From Gemmatimonadales bacterium (GTDB lineage Bacteria > Gemmatimonadota > Gemmatimonadetes > Gemmatimonadales > GWC2-71-9): DNA of 64,000 nucleotides. Every line of letters starts with the position of its first letter. Positions within the stretch are counted from its first letter, which is position 1. Under the pieces are notes generated by a model. The model saw nothing but the letters and a program-made list of their open reading frames with translations, was not told the origin of the DNA and ran no database searches. The position numbers and the translations under genes are program-made. The DNA lies in contig OZ252244.1 of assembly GCA_965249575.1 (NCBI GenBank), positions 992,001 to 1,056,000 on the forward strand, given 5' to 3'. Of this stretch, positions 1 to 10,151 are shown one piece after another.

Positions 1-340
1 CTCCGGATACATGGACGGGCTACAGGTGTTCAACATGATGGATCCCTCGAACCCGTACACCGTGGGCTACTACTACACGTGTGGCTGCTTGCTGCCCGAG
101 GGGGCAGGTGGCGCCGGCGCCGTGGGTGGCATGGACGGGGCCTGGGGCGTCGACGTGAGGAATGCCGACGGCATGATCACTATCAGTGATCTGCGGACCG
201 GCTTCTGGGCGTTCAAGATGGACGGCTTCGACGGCTGGAACGGACACCAGTGGGGGATGCCGAACGTGTCCTCGGCCCAAGACTGGGATAACGGGCCCGA
301 CGGGGTGCCGGGGCCGACGCGCGTGAGCGCGCTGGAGTGA
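1..340 (+). CDS. LVIVD-repeat-like secreted beta-propeller protein, C-terminal part (5' end outside window)
   Basis: Translation nearly identical to the C-terminus of the next ORF (MDGLQVFNMMDP..NPYTVGYY, GAWGVDVRNADG, GWNGHQWGMPNVSSAQDWDNGP). Confidence 0.8.
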   Translation, partial: SGYMDGLQVFNMMDPSNPYTVGYYYTCGCLLPEGAGGAGAVGGMDGAWGVDVRNADGMITISDLRTGFWAFKMDGFDGWNGHQWGMPNVSSAQDWDNGPDGVPGPTRVSALE

Positions 341-402
341 GCGGGACCCTTCCCCTCCCAGCCCAGGGAAACGGGTGGACTTCACTTCATGGAGATATGC
401 AC

Positions 403-1767
403 ATGGCGCAACGCAAGATCGGAACCACAATCGCATCTCTCGTACTGCTCGCCATCATCGCGGGGCCACTGTCGGCGCAGGAGAGCGTCATGAAGAGCCT
501 GCGGGAACCCCACATCGGTGGGAGCCGGAACGTGCACGTACTGTCGCACATTCCCCTCGGTGGCCCCGGCACCACGGCCGATATCGAGATGGAGCAGGAG
601 CTGTCCCGACCATACGTCTACGTCTCCCGGCGGCTCGTCCCGTCGGGCGTCGACATGATCAGCATCAAGGATCCCGACCACGCCGAGATCATTTATTCAT
701 GGCGGATCGAGAACCCGGGGCTTCATCGCGGCGCAGGCTCCGTCGACAACAAGTACTTCAAGTCGCGGGGAAGGTACTACGACATCCAGGCGGTTCAATT
801 CCGGGCCGGGGGTCCGGACACCGACTTGGGCGCCATCGTCTTCGACGTTACCGGGCTCCCGGATCCCTCGGCGGTGCGGGAGGTCGCGCGAATCCGCACG
901 CCAGAGCGGCCGGGAGGATTTCATAACATCTACGCCTATAAACACTCTGACGGCCGGCCACTTTTGTTCGCCACCACACAGGGCGCGACCGCCTATGTCT
1001 TCGATCTCGACCGCGTCGTGGCGGGCGAGGGGCGTCGGGCGCTCGCGGGTCAGGTCCCGATACCCCAGCCCGACCAACCCTCCCGCCGAGGGTATCACGA
1101 CTTTTACGTCGGGTATGATCCGGCGAGCCGGCAGGATCGGTTTTACGGCGCGGGTTTGGGTGGTTACCACGTCTACGACGTGACATCGCTCGAGGACCCC
1201 AAGCTCCTCGTGTCGCTGACCGGAATCGCCGGAATAACGAACGGCCACACGTTCACGCCGACTCCGGACGGACGCTACTCCATCACGGAGGTAGAGTACC
1301 AGTACTCGCCGCTCCGCCTGTTCGATCTCAAGCCCGGGCTGGACGGCGAGCGGAGAACCATTTCCCGTCCCGTCGGCGCATGGGCCGCTTCGTGGGACGG
1401 GAACGCCCACAACCACGAAGTGCGGTGGCCCTATGTGTTCGTATCGGGCTACATGGACGGTTTGCAGGTGTTCAACATGATGGACCCGACCAACCCGTAC
1501 ACCGTGGGCTACTACTACACGTGCGACTGTATCCTCCCGGCCGGAGCAGCGGGCGCCGGTCAGGTAGGCGGGATGGACGGCGCGTGGGGTGTCGATGTCA
1601 GAAACGCGGACGGCATGGTGGTGCTCAGCGATCTCAAGACCGGTTTTTGGGCGTTCAAGATGGACGGTTTCGACGGTTGGAACGGCCACCAGTGGGGGAT
1701 GCCCAACGTGTCCTCGGCCCAAGATTGGGATAATGGGCCGGTAGAGGCGTCGTCGCAGGTGAGTTAA
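403..1767 (+). CDS. LVIVD-repeat-like secreted beta-propeller protein
   Basis: Signal peptide (IASLVLLAIIAGPLSAQ); repeated YVYVS/VFDVT/LQVFN blades; GGAG RBS before ATG 403. Confidence 0.75.
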   Translation: MAQRKIGTTIASLVLLAIIAGPLSAQESVMKSLREPHIGGSRNVHVLSHIPLGGPGTTADIEMEQELSRPYVYVSRRLVPSGVDMISIKDPDHAEIIYSWRIENPGLHRGAGSVDNKYFKSRGRYYDIQAVQFRAGGPDTDLGAIVFDVTGLPDPSAVREVARIRTPERPGGFHNIYAYKHSDGRPLLFATTQGATAYVFDLDRVVAGEGRRALAGQVPIPQPDQPSRRGYHDFYVGYDPASRQDRFYGAGLGGYHVYDVTSLEDPKLLVSLTGIAGITNGHTFTPTPDGRYSITEVEYQYSPLRLFDLKPGLDGERRTISRPVGAWAASWDGNAHNHEVRWPYVFVSGYMDGLQVFNMMDPTNPYTVGYYYTCDCILPAGAAGAGQVGGMDGAWGVDVRNADGMVVLSDLKTGFWAFKMDGFDGWNGHQWGMPNVSSAQDWDNGPVEASSQVS

Positions 1768-1773
1768 CAGGCG

Positions 1774-1833
1774 GCAGGTTCCAGGTGCCAGGCGCCAGGT
1801 GACACCCCTGTCCCCACTGGTACCTGGAACCTG
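1774..1833. terminator. Long hairpin built from heptamer repeats between convergent genes (probable bidirectional terminator)
   Basis: CAGGTTCCAGGTGCCAG ... CTGGTACCTGGAACCTG inverted repeat (1 mismatch). Confidence 0.5.
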
Positions 1834-1854
1834 AAACCCGACACCCGAGTTCGG

Positions 1855-3427
1855 TCAGGCCATCATCTCCGGCAAGTGCGTCCGCCACCAACTGGCGGCG
1901 CGATCGCGATCCCAGGAATCGGAATCGTTGACCGCGGCGAGTCGTTCGAGCACGTCGGCGGCGCTGGGCGGCCGGTTCTCGCGCTTCTTCTCGAGGCACT
2001 CGAGGATGAGCTGGTCGAGCGCCGCTGGAACCTCCAGCTCCGTCTGCTGGGATGGGGGAACCGGTGCCTCGTTGACGTGCGCCAGAACGACCTTCATCGC
2101 GTTGTTCCCCTCGAAGACATAGCGACCGGTCAGGAGCCAGTACGCCACGCACCCCAACGCGTAGAGATCCGCGCGGCCGTCGATCGTGGGCTCTCCTAAC
2201 GCGATCTCCGGCGCCATGAAGGCTGGCGTGCCGGCGGCGGTGTTTGCCGCCGTGAGCTGTGTCTGCGCCCCTTCGCCCCTGTTCAACTTGACCAGCCCGA
2301 AGTCGAGCACCTTGACGAAATCACACTGCAACCCCACGCGACAGATATAGATGTTCGCAGGCTTGATGTCCCGGTGCACGAGACCGTTGTGGTGTGCCTC
2401 TGCTAGCGACTCGCATACCTGGCGGAGGAAATACAGGATTCTCGGATACGGAACCGGCCCGTGCTTCTCCACCAGGTTCTGCAGGTCGAGGCCGCGAAGG
2501 AGCTCCATCACGTAGTAGAGCGTTCCCTCGCTCGTGACGCCGAACTCGTGCAGCTCGACCGTGTTTGGTGAAGAGAGCGCAGCGGTCGCCTGCGCCTCCC
2601 GCTCAAAACCGCCGGATGATCTGCTGCTTTTCCTCACCGCTGTCGCCCAGCGCCTCGGGTCGAATCAGCTTGACGGCTGCCGGACGAGCGAGCAGATGGT
2701 GTTCGGCCCTCCACACCTCGCCCATGCCGCCCTGGCCGAGCCGGTCGACGAGCCGGTAACTCCCCATCTGCCTCGCCCGGCTCACGTCGGTGCCGAGACC
2801 GTAGATGATGCGCGAGGCAAACACTGCTATCCCGACAGAGATGTAGTTGGGGAAGATGAGCTGAAACAGCACCGGCCCTGCCGGCAACTCGGAACCCTGC
2901 GCCGCCAGGAGTAAGTACGCGAACGGACGCATCGACGCCGCGCCCATGGCGGCGAGGAAGGTCTTGCCGGGCGTAGAGGGCACGATCAGCGTGAAGAACA
3001 CCATCCACACGCAGACCCAGGAGATCCCGTTCACCTGGGTGACGTCAGCGACGCCGGCCCTCCAGAAGAGGATGGGGATCTCGATGCCAGCCGCCGCGAT
3101 CACCTCGTATATGAGGCCAAGATCCAGGAGGAGCAATGCCGGAATCCGGGTGCCCCGCACGGCAAAGTAGACGCCTAGCGAAAAAACGATAAACGCCGCG
3201 GCGACAACGTCGTGCGACCACGTCATCTCGCCCGGGAGGACGTGCAGCGTGGACACCCGGCTGGATCCGTATGCCAGCAGATACACGGTGGCGTACACGA
3301 GGGCCGCCACCCCCAGACGGTGCGATGCCTTGCGGACGAGATCCGGCGGGAGCCCATGCGACACCGCGCGGGAGTCGATGGCGCCCGTGAACAGCGGATC
3401 GGTCTTTCGGTGGATTTCGCGATTCAT
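1855..3427 (-). CDS. Membrane-anchored Ser/Thr protein kinase (Hanks type), split by a frameshift at the A4 run 2605-2608
   Basis: N-terminal TM helices; LGQGGMGEVW, AVKLIR, HRDIKPAN, DFGL, GTPAFMAPE; removing one T joins IIRRF to EREAQATA. Confidence 0.9.
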
Positions 3428-3475
3428 GCAGTACGCTGCGACTTGCTGGCCAGGATGACATACCGCGCCGTTGCT

Positions 3476-4531
3476 TCAGCCATCATCTCCATCCCGTGCC
3501 CCTGCGACGTCGAGCAATCGCAGGTGGGCTCGTCGCAGCGACCAGAGTCCAAACGCGCTGATGCTCACGAAACTCAGGAAGTGATACCCTATCGCGTACG
3601 AGACGGCACCCACCCTGTCTACGCCGTAGAGCTCGAGGGCCAGTCGGCTGGCCGCCTCGAACGGCCCGAAGAACCCCGGCGAAGACGGCAGGGCCACACC
3701 GAAGCTCACGAATCCGTTCAACAGCAAGGCCGACCCCACCGGTGCGTCGATGTTGAACGCCAATAGACCGAACCAGAACGACAGCGTGTTAACGGCCCAA
3801 GCCAAAACCGTCCACCAGAGCACTCGAACTACTTGCCCCGGGTTGCGAAGCACACCAAAGCCAGCGATCGCCCCGCGCACGACTGCTGCCCCTTTTTCCT
3901 CCCAACGGCGAGGAAGGAGCCAGCGAACGAGGCGGGTCGCCGCCCGCGCCGTGCGCTCGGGAGCTGCCGCCGCAACCACGGAGACGAACAGAAGGCAGCC
4001 GGCCAGGAGGCCCAATCCGCGCACGATGACCAGCACCGCGGTGCCCTGCCCCGCGCTCAACTCGACCTCCCCTCCGAGGAATGGAATCGCGAGTAGGCCC
4101 AGAATGATGGCGGCATCTAGCGATCGCTCCAGCACTGTAGCCGCCGTCACGGTACTCAGTGGCACGCCAGTCAGGCGGGCGCCAGCGTAGAGCCGGGCGA
4201 CCTCGCCGACCCTGGCGGGAATGATGTTGTTCGCTAACGCACCGATCGCGCTCGCGTGCCAGAGCGGCATCACCCCGGGACGCCGATCGCCCGTGCGGAG
4301 CACGGCGGACCATCGAATCGCCCGCACGAATAGCTGCAGCACGGCGGTCGCCGTCATGGCGAGTAGCGGCAGTGGCCTGGCGGCGCGGAGGTGCGCGATC
4401 ACCTCGCGCGCCGAAACGTCGCGGAGCACCCACCAGAGCAACAGCACGGTAACCGCTAGTCCCAGGATTGAGATCGTACGGGAAAAGCCAGTACGGGACG
4501 CGCGTCGCGAGGTCACCTCGGCCCAGTCCAC
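3476..4531 (-). CDS. Lysylphosphatidylglycerol synthase TM/flippase-like (UPF0104) membrane protein
   Basis: RAIRW, NNIIPARVGEVAR, ERSLD, PSSPGFFGPFEA motifs; multiple TM segments. Confidence 0.85.
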   Translation of the reverse strand: MDWAEVTSRRASRTGFSRTISILGLAVTVLLLWWVLRDVSAREVIAHLRAARPLPLLAMTATAVLQLFVRAIRWSAVLRTGDRRPGVMPLWHASAIGALANNIIPARVGEVARLYAGARLTGVPLSTVTAATVLERSLDAAIILGLLAIPFLGGEVELSAGQGTAVLVIVRGLGLLAGCLLFVSVVAAAAPERTARAATRLVRWLLPRRWEEKGAAVVRGAIAGFGVLRNPGQVVRVLWWTVLAWAVNTLSFWFGLLAFNIDAPVGSALLLNGFVSFGVALPSSPGFFGPFEAASRLALELYGVDRVGAVSYAIGYHFLSFVSISAFGLWSLRRAHLRLLDVAGARDGDDG

Positions 4532-4597
4532 TCAAGAAAGGTCGCGGGAGGCGTGAGTGTGGGTGTCGCGAACGGTTGGGTTATTCGCATCGCCAGT

Positions 4598-5941
4598 TCA
4601 GACGCCTCCCACCGCCCGGAACACGTCGGTGAGGAGCCACCAGATTCCCACCGTGAGGATCGCGCCGGGTATTACGTAGCGAAGCCACCGGTACAGCCAG
4701 AGCGGTGCCGGTCCGCCGCCGGGAGCTGACAGCGCCGCGAGGGCGTCGGCCCGATGCAATGACCAGCCAACCGTTACCACGGCGAGCAGTGACCCCAGAG
4801 TCTGCATTCCCGAGCCGAAGATGAGGTCCCACGGGACGAAGATGCCCATGTTCGCCGTGGGAGGGACCGAGAGCACGAACACCGCCCCGGCCATGATCCA
4901 AATCGCTTGCCGCCGCGCAAGACCGGTGTTGTCAGTGATCCCAACGACCAACACCTCGAAGGCGGCGATTACGGACAGGTACGCCGCGCTGAAGAGCCCA
5001 CAAAAGAACAGCAGTCCAAAGAGCCATCCGCCCGGGATGCGGTCGAAGACTGCCGGCAATGTAGAAAAGGTGAGTCCGGGACCGCTGGCCGGCTCGAAGC
5101 CCAGAGCAAAGACCGCCGGAAAGATCGCCAGCCCCGCGAGCAGCCCGGCCGTCGTGTCGCCGGCTGCGGTCCAAATCGCATTGAAGCGAATGTCGTCTTC
5201 ACGGTTGAGATACGACCCGTAAGCCACCATGAACGTGCCGCCAAGGGACAGAGAGAAGATCGCCTGGCCCATGGCCGCGAGCATCACCCTCGGGGTCAGG
5301 TCGGCGAAGTCGAACTTGAAGATGTACCAGCGCACTCCTTCCGCGGCCCCCGGCAGGGTCAGCGACCGGACGATCAAGATGAGAAGAACGACAAAGAGCC
5401 CCTGCACGATGACCTTGCTCACCGATTCGATGCCGGCGCGGAGGCCGCGGACCAGCACCGCCACACAGGCGAGGATCACGAGGCCCGTGCAGACGAGCTG
5501 CAGGACGAAAGAACGAGGCTCGAACCCCGTTGCGGGTGGCAAGATAGAGGACGATTGCCACGGGAATTGCGCGGAGCGCGCGATCTCGCCGGCGGCGTAG
5601 TACAGCACCCAGCCGACGACCGCCGTGTAGTATGCCGCGGCCGCGGTGAGGACGAAGAACAGGAACCACCCCACCTGGCGACCGAATGGAAGCCCCCCCC
5701 GCGCGAAGGCACCGACCGTTCCCTTACGCGTGTGCCGACCGAGAGTCCACTCCGCCATTAGGGCCGGAATTCCGATGACGATCACCACCAACACGTAGAA
5801 GGCGACGAACGCCGCACCGCCGAACTGGCCCACCATGTAGGGGAACCGCCAGACGTTGCCCAGGCCAACCGCAACGCCGATCATCGTCATGACGAGACCG
5901 AACGTGGACCCGAATGTCTCCCGGTTCTTGACGGAACTCAC
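4598..5941 (-). CDS. Sodium-dependent transporter, NSS/SNF family
   Basis: AVGLGNVWRFPY, GGAAF, GQAIFSLSLG, GPGLTF signature motifs. Confidence 0.93.
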   Translation of the reverse strand: MSSVKNRETFGSTFGLVMTMIGVAVGLGNVWRFPYMVGQFGGAAFVAFYVLVVIVIGIPALMAEWTLGRHTRKGTVGAFARGGLPFGRQVGWFLFFVLTAAAAYYTAVVGWVLYYAAGEIARSAQFPWQSSSILPPATGFEPRSFVLQLVCTGLVILACVAVLVRGLRAGIESVSKVIVQGLFVVLLILIVRSLTLPGAAEGVRWYIFKFDFADLTPRVMLAAMGQAIFSLSLGGTFMVAYGSYLNREDDIRFNAIWTAAGDTTAGLLAGLAIFPAVFALGFEPASGPGLTFSTLPAVFDRIPGGWLFGLLFFCGLFSAAYLSVIAAFEVLVVGITDNTGLARRQAIWIMAGAVFVLSVPPTANMGIFVPWDLIFGSGMQTLGSLLAVVTVGWSLHRADALAALSAPGGGPAPLWLYRWLRYVIPGAILTVGIWWLLTDVFRAVGGV

Positions 5942-5949
5942 GAGAGATT

Positions 5950-5968
5950 TACTTTGTAGTGCAAAGTA
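5950..5968. promoter_or_regulatory. AT-rich palindrome, putative operator
   Basis: TACTTTG-TAGTG-CAAAGTA perfect 7-bp inverted arms in a divergent intergenic region. Confidence 0.5.
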
Positions 5969-6131
5969 CTTGATACTGCTTAGGCATGTGGCTCGTAAGG
6001 GCTGGAATCGGTAGGGCGGTCGCGGCGGGCGATCCGCGCCGATCGCAAGGCCGCAATGTCGATCCGGGATGGCGAGATGTCCAGGGCAGACTCAAGACAG
6101 AGCACGCCGCCCGCAGCTGTGACACGAAGAG

Positions 6132-6815
6132 GTGCCGATGAGTTTTGGACTGGCGATCATGCTGCTGGCCACCGTCGGGTTGTTATCGCTGTCGGTCGCA
6201 ACCGTTCGCGCCATCGCGATGAGCCGGATGCGCCGCGCCCGCGCGACCGGGCGGGCCGCTGTCACCCTGCTAAGTGTATACGGTGCCATCCTGCTCGCCG
6301 TCTCGCTTGGCAGCGAGCGGCGCGTTCTCGGGCTCAACGAGCCGAAGCGATTCTGCGGGTTCTACATCGACTGCCATGTAATGGTGTCGGTGACCGGCGT
6401 CGATGAAACGAGAGCACTGGGAAACCGCGAGGGGGTCGTCACCCCACAAGGATCGTTCTACCTGGTAACGCTCACCATCTCCAGCGATGCGAGGCGTGCA
6501 CCGATGCGGCTGGACGATCCAGAGATCGTAGTCGAGGACCCCGCTGGCCGCCGGTTCCCACGGTCGGCCGCGGGCCAGCGCGCGCTCGAATACACTCGGG
6601 GCCCGCAGCCCGACCCAAATCAAGTCGTAGAGGCCGGCGCCAGCTACAGTACCACCTTGGTGTTCGAGGTGCCCGAACAGGTCTCCGAGCCGACGCTGAT
6701 TGTGCGTGAGTGTCACTGGCTCACTCGGCTCTCCGAGCTGTTCCTCATTGGCGACGAAGACAGCCTGCTCCACGAGCCGGCTGTCTTCGCGCTCAGCTTC
6801 CCGTCCAGGGGGTAG
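6132..6815 (+). CDS. Membrane-anchored hypothetical protein with Ig-like (DUF4352-like) domain
   Basis: Two N-terminal TM helices; FYLVTLTISSDA, SYSTTLVFEVP. Confidence 0.55.
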   Translation: MPMSFGLAIMLLATVGLLSLSVATVRAIAMSRMRRARATGRAAVTLLSVYGAILLAVSLGSERRVLGLNEPKRFCGFYIDCHVMVSVTGVDETRALGNREGVVTPQGSFYLVTLTISSDARRAPMRLDDPEIVVEDPAGRRFPRSAAGQRALEYTRGPQPDPNQVVEAGASYSTTLVFEVPEQVSEPTLIVRECHWLTRLSELFLIGDEDSLLHEPAVFALSFPSRG

Positions 6816-7628
6816 CTAGGGCTTCCGAGCTTCAATGAATGCGCCAACTACCTCGCCGCCACCAGGGTCGGTGGACTGGCAACAGCCGCTGGACGACCCG
6901 TCGTCCGCCGTGGGTGTCCCGGTAGATCGGTAGACATGCGTTGGCCTGATCGCGATATCCTCAAAGCCGGCCTCTTCCAGGTAGCCCCTGAACTCGTCTT
7001 CCGAAAGCGCCCCTGCTATGCAACCGACCCACCTCTCGGTGTCGCGTCGAACCTCCTCGGGCAGGTTCCCCCGGACGATGATGTCGGACACCGTGAACCG
7101 CCCGCCACGCCGAAGCACCCGAAAGGCCTCTCGGAGCACCCGCGGCTTATCCGCCGACAGGTTAATCACGTAGTTCGACAGCACGATGTCGACCGATTCG
7201 TCAGGCAGAGGCACGTTCTCGATCTCGCCCCTCAGGAACTCGATGTTCTGGACGCCTGCCTGGCGCTGGTTCGTGCGCGCCAACTGGAGCATCTCGTCGG
7301 TCATGTCCAGCCCGTACACCTTCCCACCGAGCCCAACAGCCTTTGCGGCGAGAAACGCGTCGATCCCGCCGCCGGACCCCAGGTCGAGGACAGTCTCGCC
7401 GAGCTGGAGCCGGGCTCCAGCTGTCGGATTCCCGCTGCCCAGCGAGGCGGCCACGGCAGCTCTCGGGATGTCCGCCACCTCGGCGACGCCGTACGACCCG
7501 CCTGGCGCCGCGCCGCACCCGCACTCCGCCGACCCACAGCAGGAAGTTCCGACATTCCCCTCCGTGAATTGGCGAGCGACTTCGCCGTACTTCCGCTGGA
7601 CGGCATCCTTAATTGCATCGTCTTTCAT
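6816..7628 (-). CDS. arsM: Arsenite methyltransferase-like SAM-dependent methyltransferase (two conserved Cys substituted)
   Basis: VLDLGSGGGID, YGLDMTDEML, EIENVPLPDESVD, WVGCIAGA; directly downstream of an ArsR gene. Confidence 0.8.
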   Translation of the reverse strand: MKDDAIKDAVQRKYGEVARQFTEGNVGTSCCGSAECGCGAAPGGSYGVAEVADIPRAAVAASLGSGNPTAGARLQLGETVLDLGSGGGIDAFLAAKAVGLGGKVYGLDMTDEMLQLARTNQRQAGVQNIEFLRGEIENVPLPDESVDIVLSNYVINLSADKPRVLREAFRVLRRGGRFTVSDIIVRGNLPEEVRRDTERWVGCIAGALSEDEFRGYLEEAGFEDIAIRPTHVYRSTGTPTADDGSSSGCCQSTDPGGGEVVGAFIEARKP

Positions 7629-7646
7629 GCTTCGCCCCCGAGTTAA

Positions 7647-7662
7647 ATCAATATTTATTGAT
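7647..7662. promoter_or_regulatory. ArsR-type operator upstream of arsM
   Basis: ATCAA-TATTTA-TTGAT (ATCAA-N6-TTGAT). Confidence 0.7.
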
Positions 7663-7679
7663 GTAAATGGACAAAAAAC

Positions 7680-8006
7680 TCAGCAGCAGCCGGAGTCCGC
7701 ATCCCCGCCAGGCGGCAGCGGCTTGAGACCCCCGATCACGCCCGCCGCAACTTCGAGGGCCTGCGGGGCGATCGAGTAGTACACCCAGCGTCCCGCTCGC
7801 CGATCCCGAATGAGCCCCGCCTCCTTCAGGGTCTTGAGATGAAAGGAAAGCCTGGACTGCGCGGCACCAAGCACTCCGGTCAGCTCACACACGCACCGCT
7901 CGCCACCACGGAGCTGCTCGAGAATCCGTAGGCGCGTTTCGTCCGAAAACGCATGGAAGAGGCGCGCCGTCTGGGGCCTCCCGCTGGCAATCGCTGTTGC
8001 TGGCAT
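7680..8006 (-). CDS. arsR: ArsR/SmtB-family metalloregulator
   Basis: FHAFSDETRLRIL, GERCVCEL, QSRLSFHLKTLKEAGL, C-terminal CC. Confidence 0.9.
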   Translation of the reverse strand: MPATAIASGRPQTARLFHAFSDETRLRILEQLRGGERCVCELTGVLGAAQSRLSFHLKTLKEAGLIRDRRAGRWVYYSIAPQALEVAAGVIGGLKPLPPGGDADSGCC

Positions 8007-8017
8007 GACTTGAATAT

Positions 8018-8033
8018 ATCAAGAACTATTGAT
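8018..8033. promoter_or_regulatory. ArsR-type operator upstream of arsR
   Basis: ATCAA-GAACTA-TTGAT, about 12 bp before the arsR start. Confidence 0.7.
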
Positions 8034-8119
8034 TTTACAACCCCGGCTGGCCCCGCGCGGCAAGCGCCGGGCCATTCGCTAGAATGATCATCGTACCACC
8101 ACCACGTGAAGGGCCGCTG

Positions 8120-8608
8120 ATGATCGCGATACGAGTGGCTGGTCCCGCCGATTTAGAGGCCATCTGGCAGATTTTCCGCGCCGTGGTACAGCCGGGAGAT
8201 ACCTACCCCTTGGCCACCGACACGACCCGGGACGAGGCTCGGGCCCTGTGGTTCGCGCCGCCGGCGGCACCGTACGTAGCGGCGGACGCCGAAGGTGCGA
8301 TTGTGGGGACATACGTCATCAAGCCGAATTTGTCCGGCGGCGGCCGGCACGTGGCGAATGCGTCGTTCATGGTCGCTCCTGCTCGGCAGGGTCGGGGGGT
8401 CGGGAGGACGATGGCCGAGCACGCGCTCGAGTCGGCCAGAGAGGCGGGATACCTCGCCATGCAGTTCAACTTCGTGGTGAGCACCAACGCGCGCGCCCTC
8501 GCGCTGTGGGGGGCGCTTGGGTTTACCATCGTCGGCACTTTGCCAAGAGCATTCCGCCATCCGCGGTGCGGCCTCGTTGACGCATACGTGATGTTTCGGG
8601 ACCTGTGA
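8120..8608 (+). CDS. GNAT-family N-acetyltransferase
   Basis: HVANASFMV, RQGRGVGR, MQFNFVVSTN, GFTIVGTLP. Confidence 0.9.
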   Translation: MIAIRVAGPADLEAIWQIFRAVVQPGDTYPLATDTTRDEARALWFAPPAAPYVAADAEGAIVGTYVIKPNLSGGGRHVANASFMVAPARQGRGVGRTMAEHALESAREAGYLAMQFNFVVSTNARALALWGALGFTIVGTLPRAFRHPRCGLVDAYVMFRDL

Positions 8609-8742
8609 GTGTACGTGGCAACGCCGAGGCGCCTGGCGACGCCGAGGCCCCTGGATGAGATTGGCGGACCGCCGTGAAGCGGATGCGGCTATTAACACGG
8701 TCGGGCCGCCGGCTGTCTCCTTAATACCTGGCAATCGATAAC

Positions 8743-9315
8743 ATGGCCGATATCCGCCACCCCGATTCGGACGCACAACTCGTCGAGCGCACATGCCGCG
8801 GAGATTCGGCGGCCTTCGAGGCGCTCGTCCGGAGGCATTATCGAGCCGCGTGGAGCGTTGCCATGTCAGTACTGGGCAACGGCATGGACGCCGAGGACGT
8901 GTGCCAGAACGCCTTCGTTCGGGCGCTCGAGCGGATTGACGCTTGCGAGCAGCCCGATCGGTTCGCGGGATGGATACTGCAGATCGTCCGGAACCGAGCC
9001 CGCAACTTCCGGGACTATCGGCGGGTGCGGATGGCCGAGCCCTTGGAGACGGCCGTGGTGGCGAGCACGGTAAGCACGGCAGATGACGTCGAGCGCGGGG
9101 AGCTTCGCGATCTCCTCGAAGGCGCGCTGGGAGCGTTGACGCCCGTGCAGCGCGAGGTCGTGTTGTGGCACGACTTCGAGGGATGGAAGCACCGGGAGAT
9201 CGGGGAGGCCCTCGAGATATCCGAGGGGATGTCGCGGCAGCACCTCTTTGCCGCGCGCCGGGCACTGCGCGAGCGGTTGGGCTCGCGGGTCTTGAAGGAG
9301 TACGCGAATGAATGA
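8743..9315 (+). CDS. ECF RNA polymerase sigma-70 factor
   Basis: GDSAAFEALVRRH, DAEDVCQ, WILQIVRN, region 4 HREIGEALEISEG. Confidence 0.92.
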   Translation: MADIRHPDSDAQLVERTCRGDSAAFEALVRRHYRAAWSVAMSVLGNGMDAEDVCQNAFVRALERIDACEQPDRFAGWILQIVRNRARNFRDYRRVRMAEPLETAVVASTVSTADDVERGELRDLLEGALGALTPVQREVVLWHDFEGWKHREIGEALEISEGMSRQHLFAARRALRERLGSRVLKEYANE

Positions 9316-9673
9316 CAATCGCATCGACCTGTCGGCGCTCGACCGGACGGCAGACGCCGCACGATTCGACCGGATCGTGGCCCAGATCACGGACGAGGCA
9401 TCCGCCGAGCTTGCGGCACGACGCGCCCGATCCAACGTCATTGGTCAAATCACGCGCTGGACCAAGCCAACACTGGCGGCCGCGGCGAGTTTGGCGGTCA
9501 TTTCGGTGGCCACGCTCACGCAAATCGAGACAACCACCGCGCGGACGGCAGACGAGCCGACGCTCGCCGAAGCGATCGGCGTACCGGCACAGGTCGCCGA
9601 GTGGCTAGGCAACGATGAGAGTCCAACAGCGGATCAATTGCTGGTGGCGCTCGGAGGCGGGGAGGAGCGATGA
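9308..9673 (+). CDS. Putative membrane anti-sigma factor
   Basis: Overlaps the sigma gene stop; single TM helix. Confidence 0.65.
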   Translation: MNDNRIDLSALDRTADAARFDRIVAQITDEASAELAARRARSNVIGQITRWTKPTLAAAASLAVISVATLTQIETTTARTADEPTLAEAIGVPAQVAEWLGNDESPTADQLLVALGGGEER

Positions 9674-10116
9674 AACAGGGAATCGAGGCCCTGGGCCGCG
9701 TGAGACTTCAGGGATTCGCGCTGTTGGCAGTCGCCTTCTTGGCCGGCGGCCTGACCGGCGGGGCAATCGAACGCGTCCGGTCAGCGAGACCGGCCCGGCC
9801 GCACCGCGCCGCCGGGCCGTTGCAGCGCCCAGGCGGGCTTCCCCCGTGGCTCGGCCGGCTCGACCTGAGCGAAACGCAAGAGGAGCGAGTCAGGGCAGTG
9901 CTCGAGCGACGCCGGGTGGGCACCGACTCCGTGTTCAGGAACATCCGATCCCGAATCTCCATCATGGCCGATTCGGTCAACCAGGAAATTCGAAACATTC
10001 TCACACCCGAGCAGCGCAAGCGGCTCGAGCGCGAGGGCCCGCCTGCTCGGTGGGAACGGCGCCGTCGGCCGGATAGGCGGCCTGGCCCCCAAGAGGCAAC
10101 CGGCCCTCCGCCCTGA
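9670..10116 (+). CDS. Periplasmic Spy/CpxP/heavy-metal-sensor-like helical protein
   Basis: N-terminal TM; RLDLSETQ..., EIRNILTPEQ (LTxxQ motif); third gene of the ECF operon. Confidence 0.65.
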   Translation: MKQGIEALGRVRLQGFALLAVAFLAGGLTGGAIERVRSARPARPHRAAGPLQRPGGLPPWLGRLDLSETQEERVRAVLERRRVGTDSVFRNIRSRISIMADSVNQEIRNILTPEQRKRLEREGPPARWERRRRPDRRPGPQEATGPPP

Positions 10117-10151
10117 TCGTATTCGCTACTCGCCACGCGCTACTCGACACT

